From Auanema rhodensis (Eukaryota > Animalia > Nematoda): DNA of 64,000 bases. The stretch spans positions 7,378,001 through 7,442,000 of the forward strand of contig OZ059900.1 in the NCBI GenBank assembly GCA_964057225.1. The letters run 5' to 3'. This document shows, piece after piece, positions 59,881 through 64,000 of the stretch. The position numbers and the translations under genes were made by a program. How positions within the stretch are numbered: position 1 is the first letter of the stretch; each line of letters starts with the position of its first letter. The notes beneath the pieces were generated by a model. That model saw only the letters and a program-made list of their open reading frames with translations, had not been told where the DNA came from and did not search any database.

Positions 59881-59906
59881 CAGGGTGGCCCATAAGTATT
59901 GAGACA
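59881..59906 (+). repeat. Terminal inverted repeat at the 3' end of the transposase: CAGGGTGGCCCATAAGTATTGAGACA
   Basis: Exact reverse complement of 61158-61183. Similarity continues imperfectly for about 8 more bases (cattcaaa vs aaattcaaa). Confidence 0.97.
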
Positions 59907-59974
59907 CATTCAAAAAGTCATAAATGAAACAAAAAATAACCAAATCCTAAATAATTTACTAGTAATGTACATTG

Positions 59975-59980
59975 TTCATT
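59975..59980 (-). terminator. Candidate variant polyadenylation signal (AATGAA) of the transposase transcript
   Basis: Minus-strand AATGAA lies 8 nt after the stop codon and is followed by T-rich sequence before the TIR. No canonical AATAAA was seen in the 3' region. Motif match only. Confidence 0.25.
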
Positions 59981-59987
59981 TGTTCAA

Positions 59988-61028
59988 CTATTTATCAAGA
60001 AATTGCTCAAAATGTCCTCCTTTTGCTTTCTTACAGGCTTCGAGTCTTGTTCGCACTGAGTGTACCGTGGCTCGCAGGTATTCCTCGTCTAGAGAGTCCC
60101 ATGCTTTCTTCAAATCACGTTTGAGAGTTTCCAAATTTTGGGAGGACTTAGCTGATAATTTGTGTTCCAACACACTCCATACTGAAAAATCCATAGGGTT
60201 CAGATCTGGCGAATTGCTGGGCCAGATATCTTTGCCCCAGAATCCTGGTAAAATCCTCGAACAGAGCTCAATTGTGCTTTTTGCACCATGGGCTGGTGCC
60301 CAATCTTGCTGAAGGGTGATGCTACTGTCTGAATGTTGCTCTTGGGTCCACGGTAAAACCACTTCTTGTAGAATCTTCTCCTGATAGTATTTTGCGTTGA
60401 TCTTGCATCCTTTTTCGACAAAGACGAGTGGTGTTTTCCCTGTCGATGTTATTCCTCCCCACACCATTATGCTCTGTGGGTAATGGCTTCTTTCTGCTAT
60501 CCTCCTTTTAGCAGAGTACTTTTCTCCAGTGTGGAGCAATTGACGGCTGTTCTGTCGATTGGGCTTGGGCTCCACAGTAAAAATCTTCTCGTCTGTCCAT
60601 AAAACGGCATCGATGCGAGCCCCCTCTAAATTCTGAAGTAAAACATTACATTTTTCAAGTCGATTTTTCTTCATTTGTTCTGTCAGCCTGTGTCCTCTTA
60701 GAATACGATAAGAATGAAAACCTAAATCGTTTTTTACGATCCGCTGAACCGTTGATCGAGATAATTCCATCTGTGAAGCAATTTTATTCAGGCTTACACT
60801 ATCGTTCCTAGCTATTCTGCATCTGATAGCTTTTCGTGTACGCGGAGTATTCACTGTTCTGGGTCTTCCAGGTTTTGATTTAACCTCAATGTGACCTTGA
60901 TCTCTAAACTGTTTTAAAACTCTGTAAACAGAGCTTCGTGGTATTTGGAGACTTCTAACAATTTCCATCGGCTTGAGTCCCTGTTCGAAAAGATGAACGA
61001 TGGAGGCACGATGTACTGAAGGCTTCAT
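59988..61028 (-). CDS. DD37D (maT-family) Tc1/mariner transposase, 346 aa, intact
   Basis: The N-terminus has paired-like HTH regions (EIVRSLQIPRSSVYRVLK; KIASQMELSRSTVQRIVK) separated by a GRPR motif. Catalytic motifs are WTDEK, QQDWAPAH and WPSNSPDLNPMD, with 37 residues counted between the 2nd and 3rd Asp. The C-terminus ends GGHFE. There is an ATG start, a TAG stop, and no frameshift or intron. Confidence 0.97.
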   Translation of the reverse strand: MKPSVHRASIVHLFEQGLKPMEIVRSLQIPRSSVYRVLKQFRDQGHIEVKSKPGRPRTVNTPRTRKAIRCRIARNDSVSLNKIASQMELSRSTVQRIVKNDLGFHSYRILRGHRLTEQMKKNRLEKCNVLLQNLEGARIDAVLWTDEKIFTVEPKPNRQNSRQLLHTGEKYSAKRRIAERSHYPQSIMVWGGITSTGKTPLVFVEKGCKINAKYYQEKILQEVVLPWTQEQHSDSSITLQQDWAPAHGAKSTIELCSRILPGFWGKDIWPSNSPDLNPMDFSVWSVLEHKLSAKSSQNLETLKRDLKKAWDSLDEEYLRATVHSVRTRLEACKKAKGGHFEQFLDK

Positions 61029-61080
61029 AACTTTTTCTAAATATAATCACAAAAGCTGTCAATGTGCTCAAAAAGTCTCC

Positions 61081-61087
61081 TTATATA
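61081..61087 (-). promoter_or_regulatory. Candidate TATA box (TATATAA) for the transposase gene
   Basis: The minus strand reads gggTATATAAggag about 53 nt upstream of the ATG, inside the element's 5' non-coding region. Motif match only. Confidence 0.4.
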
Positions 61088-61157
61088 CCCGAGCCTAAAA
61101 GTTTTGTGAACATGTTTTTTTGACCTAGTTTTTTTTTTAAAAAAATTATTTGAATTT

Positions 61158-61183
61158 TGTCTCAATACTTATGGGCCACCCTG
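61158..61183 (-). repeat. Terminal inverted repeat at the 5' end of the transposase
   Basis: tgtctcaatacttatgggccaccctg is the reverse complement of 59881-59906 (26/26). Confidence 0.97.
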
Positions 61184-64000
61184 TATATGTCCAATTTCAA
61201 CCATTTTGGTCAAAAAGGACCGAAAATATCAAGAATTATTGGTTTTTCTGGGATTGAAGGGCATTTTGGCAAAATCAGTCAAACTTTTGATCTTAAGCAT
61301 ATTTTTTTCTTCTAAAACGACTAAATGTATGAAATACTGTCATAGAATGTTCATATAGGTGTATTTTGCACGAATATCAAAACTGATTGAAATATGGGCC
61401 TTTTTATGTTCAAAACGCCATATATTCAACGATTTTGGGTACAAAACATGTGAAAACTGTATGTTTTGATCAGACCCTTTGAGATATGGATTTGAAATTC
61501 AGGATTCATAAACTTTGACTATTTTTACATATATATGTCCAATTTTAACCACTTTGGTCAAAAAGGACCGAAAATATCAAGAATTATTGGTTTTTTGGGG
61601 ATTGAAGGGCATTTTGGCAAAATCAGTCAAACTTTTGATCTTAAGCATATTTTTTTCTTCTAAAACGACTAAATGTATGAAATACTGTCATAGAATGTTC
61701 ATATAGGTGTATTTTGCACGAATATCAAAACTGATTGAAATATGGGCCTTTTTATGCTCAAAACGCCATATATTCAACGATTTTGGGTACAAAACATGTG
61801 AAAACTGTATGTTTTGATCAGACCCTTCGAGATATGGATTTGAAATCCAGGATTCATAAACTTTGACTTTTTTTACATATATATGTCCAATTTCAACCAC
61901 TTTGGTCAAAAAGGACCGAAAATATCAAGAATTATTGGTTTTTCTGGGAGTGAAGGGCATTTTGGCAAAATCAGTCAAACTTTTGATCTTAAGCATATTT
62001 TTTTCTTCTAAAACGACTAAATGTATGAAATACTGTCATAGAATGTTCATATAGGTGTATTTTGCACGAATATCAAAACTGATTGAAATATGGGCCTTTT
62101 TATGTTCAAAACGCCATATATTCAACGATTTTGGGTACAAAACATGTGAAAACTGTATGTTTTGATCAGACCCTTTGAGATATGGATTTGAAATTCAGGA
62201 TTCATAAACTTTGACTATTTTTACATATATATGTCCAATTTTAACCACTTTGGTCAAAAAGGACCGAAAATATCAAGAATTATTGGTTTTTTGGGGGATT
62301 GAAGGGCATTTTGGCAAAATCAGTCAAACTTTTGATCTTAAGCATATTTTTTTCTTCTAAAACGACTAAATGTATGAAATACTGTCATAGAATGTTCATA
62401 TAGGTGTATTTTGCACGAATATCAAAACTGATTGAAATATGGGCCTTTTTATGCTCAAAACGCCATATATTCAACGATTTTGGGTACAAAACATGTGAAA
62501 ACTGTATGTTTTGATCAGACCCTTCGAGATATGGATTTGAAATCCAGGATTCATAAACTTTGACTATTTTTACATATATATGTCCAATTTCAACCATTTT
62601 GGTCAAAAAGGACCGAAAATATCAAGAATTATTGGTTTTTCTGGGATTGAAGGGCATTTTGGCAAAATCAGTCAAACTTTTGATCTTAAGCATATTTTTT
62701 TCTTCTAAAACGACTAAATGTATGAAATACTGTCATAGAATGTTCATATAGGTGTATTTTGCACGAATATCAAAACTGATTGAAATATGGGCCTTTTTAT
62801 GTTCAAAACGCCATATATTCAACGATTTTGGGTACAAAACATGTGAAAACTGTATGTTTTGATCAGACCCTTTGAGATATGGATTTGAAATTCAGGATTC
62901 ATAAACTTTGACTATTTTTACATATATATGTCCAATTTTAACCACTTTGGTCAAAAAGGACCGAAAATATCAAGAATTATTGGTTTTTTGGGGATTGAAG
63001 GGCATTTTGGCAAAATCAGTCAAACTTTTGATCTTAAGCATATTTTTTTCTTCTAAAACGACTAAATGTATGAAATACTGTCAAAGAATGTTCATATAGG
63101 TGTATTTTGCACGAATATCAAAACTGATTGAAATATGGGCCTTTTTATGCTCAAAACGCCATATATTCAACGATTTTGGGTACAAAACATGTGAAAACTG
63201 TATGTTTTGATCAGACCCTTTGAGATATGGATTTGAAATTCAGGATTCATAAACTTAAACTATTTTCACATATATATGTTCAATTTTAATCACTTTGGTC
63301 AAAAAGGACCGAAAATATCAAGAATTATTGGTTTTTTGGGGTTTGAAGGACATTTTGGCTAAATCAGTCAAACTTTTGATCTTAAGCATATTTTTTTCTT
63401 CTAAAACGACTAAATGTATGAAATACTGTCATAGAATGTTCATATAGGTGTATTTTGCACGAATATCAAAACTGATTGAAATATGGGCCTTTTTATGCTC
63501 AAAACGCCATATATTCAACGATTTTGGGTACAAAACATGTGAAAACTGTATGTTTTGTTCAGACCCTTCGAGATATGGATTTGAAATCCAGGATTCATAA
63601 ACTTTGACTATTTTTACATATATATGTCCAATTTCAACCACTTTGGTCAAAAAGGACCGAAAATATCAAGAATTATTGGTTTTTCTGGGATTGAAGGGCA
63701 TTTTGGCAAAATCAGTCAAACTTTTGATCTTAAGCATATTTTTTTCTTCTAAAACGACTAAATGTATGAAATACTGTCATAGAATGTTCATATAGGTGTA
63801 TTTTGCACGAATATCAAAACTGATTGAAATATGGGCCTTTTTATGTTCAAAACGCCATATATTCAACGATTTTGGGTACAAAACATGTGAAAACTGTATG
63901 TTTTGATCAGACCCTTTGAGATATGGATTTGAAATTCAGGATTCATAAACTTTGACTATTTTTACATATATATGTCCAATTTTAACCACTTTGGTCAAAA
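61184..64000. repeat. Tandem satellite array, 348-bp monomer (right arm, about 8 copies; continues beyond window end)
   Basis: The same monomer resumes in phase after the transposon (tatatgtccaatttcaacc...). ORF starts 59514 to 61515 differ by 2001 = 2x348 + 1303 + 2. Confidence 0.99.

Larger units (their letters stand above)
59881..61183 (-). mobile_element. Full-length IS630/Tc1/mariner DNA transposon, maT (DD37D) family, 1303 bp
   Basis: It is the only non-satellite sequence in the window. It has 26-bp perfect TIRs, TA on both flanks and a single transposase ORF. Satellite phase arithmetic gives an insertion of exactly 1303+2 bp. Confidence 0.97.

Noticed and set aside
59899-60421. ORFs of 137 aa (+) and 73 aa (-) overlapping the transposase
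   Set aside because: These are antisense or alternative-frame shadows of the transposase CDS with no independent support.
61170-61177. The 8-mer TATGGGCC shared by the TIR and the satellite monomer, suggesting the satellite derives from the transposon
   Set aside because: The match is too short and does not extend, so it is compatible with chance.
16537-63650. Repeated 73-aa minus-strand ORF (MTKVVEIG...) and the 68-aa junction ORF at 59687-59893
   Set aside because: It is open only where satellite SNPs happen to remove stop codons, and it shows no protein-family features. The 68-aa version simply reads out of the TIR into the satellite.
14-63795. Many copies of a 63-aa plus-strand ORF (MTIFTYIC...)
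   Set aside because: The ORF starts at TTG rather than ATG and has no recognisable domain. It is lost in many monomers through start changes and frameshifts, so it is a by-product of the satellite.
1-64000. CRISPR array, or tandem rRNA/tRNA/snRNA/SL-RNA gene cluster
   Set aside because: There are no unique spacers between repeats, and I recognise no 5S, tRNA, spliced-leader or snRNA sequence in the monomer. An Rfam/Infernal scan would be the definitive test.

Overview
The window is almost entirely one eukaryotic satellite-DNA array. It holds about 180 head-to-tail copies of an AT-rich 348-bp monomer (hand count about 30% GC), and copies differ at only a few recurrent positions. The array is interrupted once, at 59881-61183, by a complete 1303-bp IS630/Tc1/mariner DNA transposon of the maT (DD37D) family. 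The element has perfect 26-bp terminal inverted repeats (TIRs), a TA target-site duplication (TSD) and an intact, intronless 346-aa transposase on the minus strand. The many 63-aa and 73-aa ORFs are by-products of the repeat and are not called as genes. The most notable non-coding structure is: (i) a strong ~10-bp phasing of A/T tracts through the monomer; (ii) a perfect 12-bp palindrome in the monomer matching the Tc1 target consensus, with the transposon inserted exactly at its centre; (iii) nested higher-order repeats (2-, 3-, 5-, 8-, 10-, ~13- and 29-mers); and (iv) a switch in variant spectrum around 31-38 kb. A nematode or other invertebrate host is plausible but inferred. I found no new multi-gene system.
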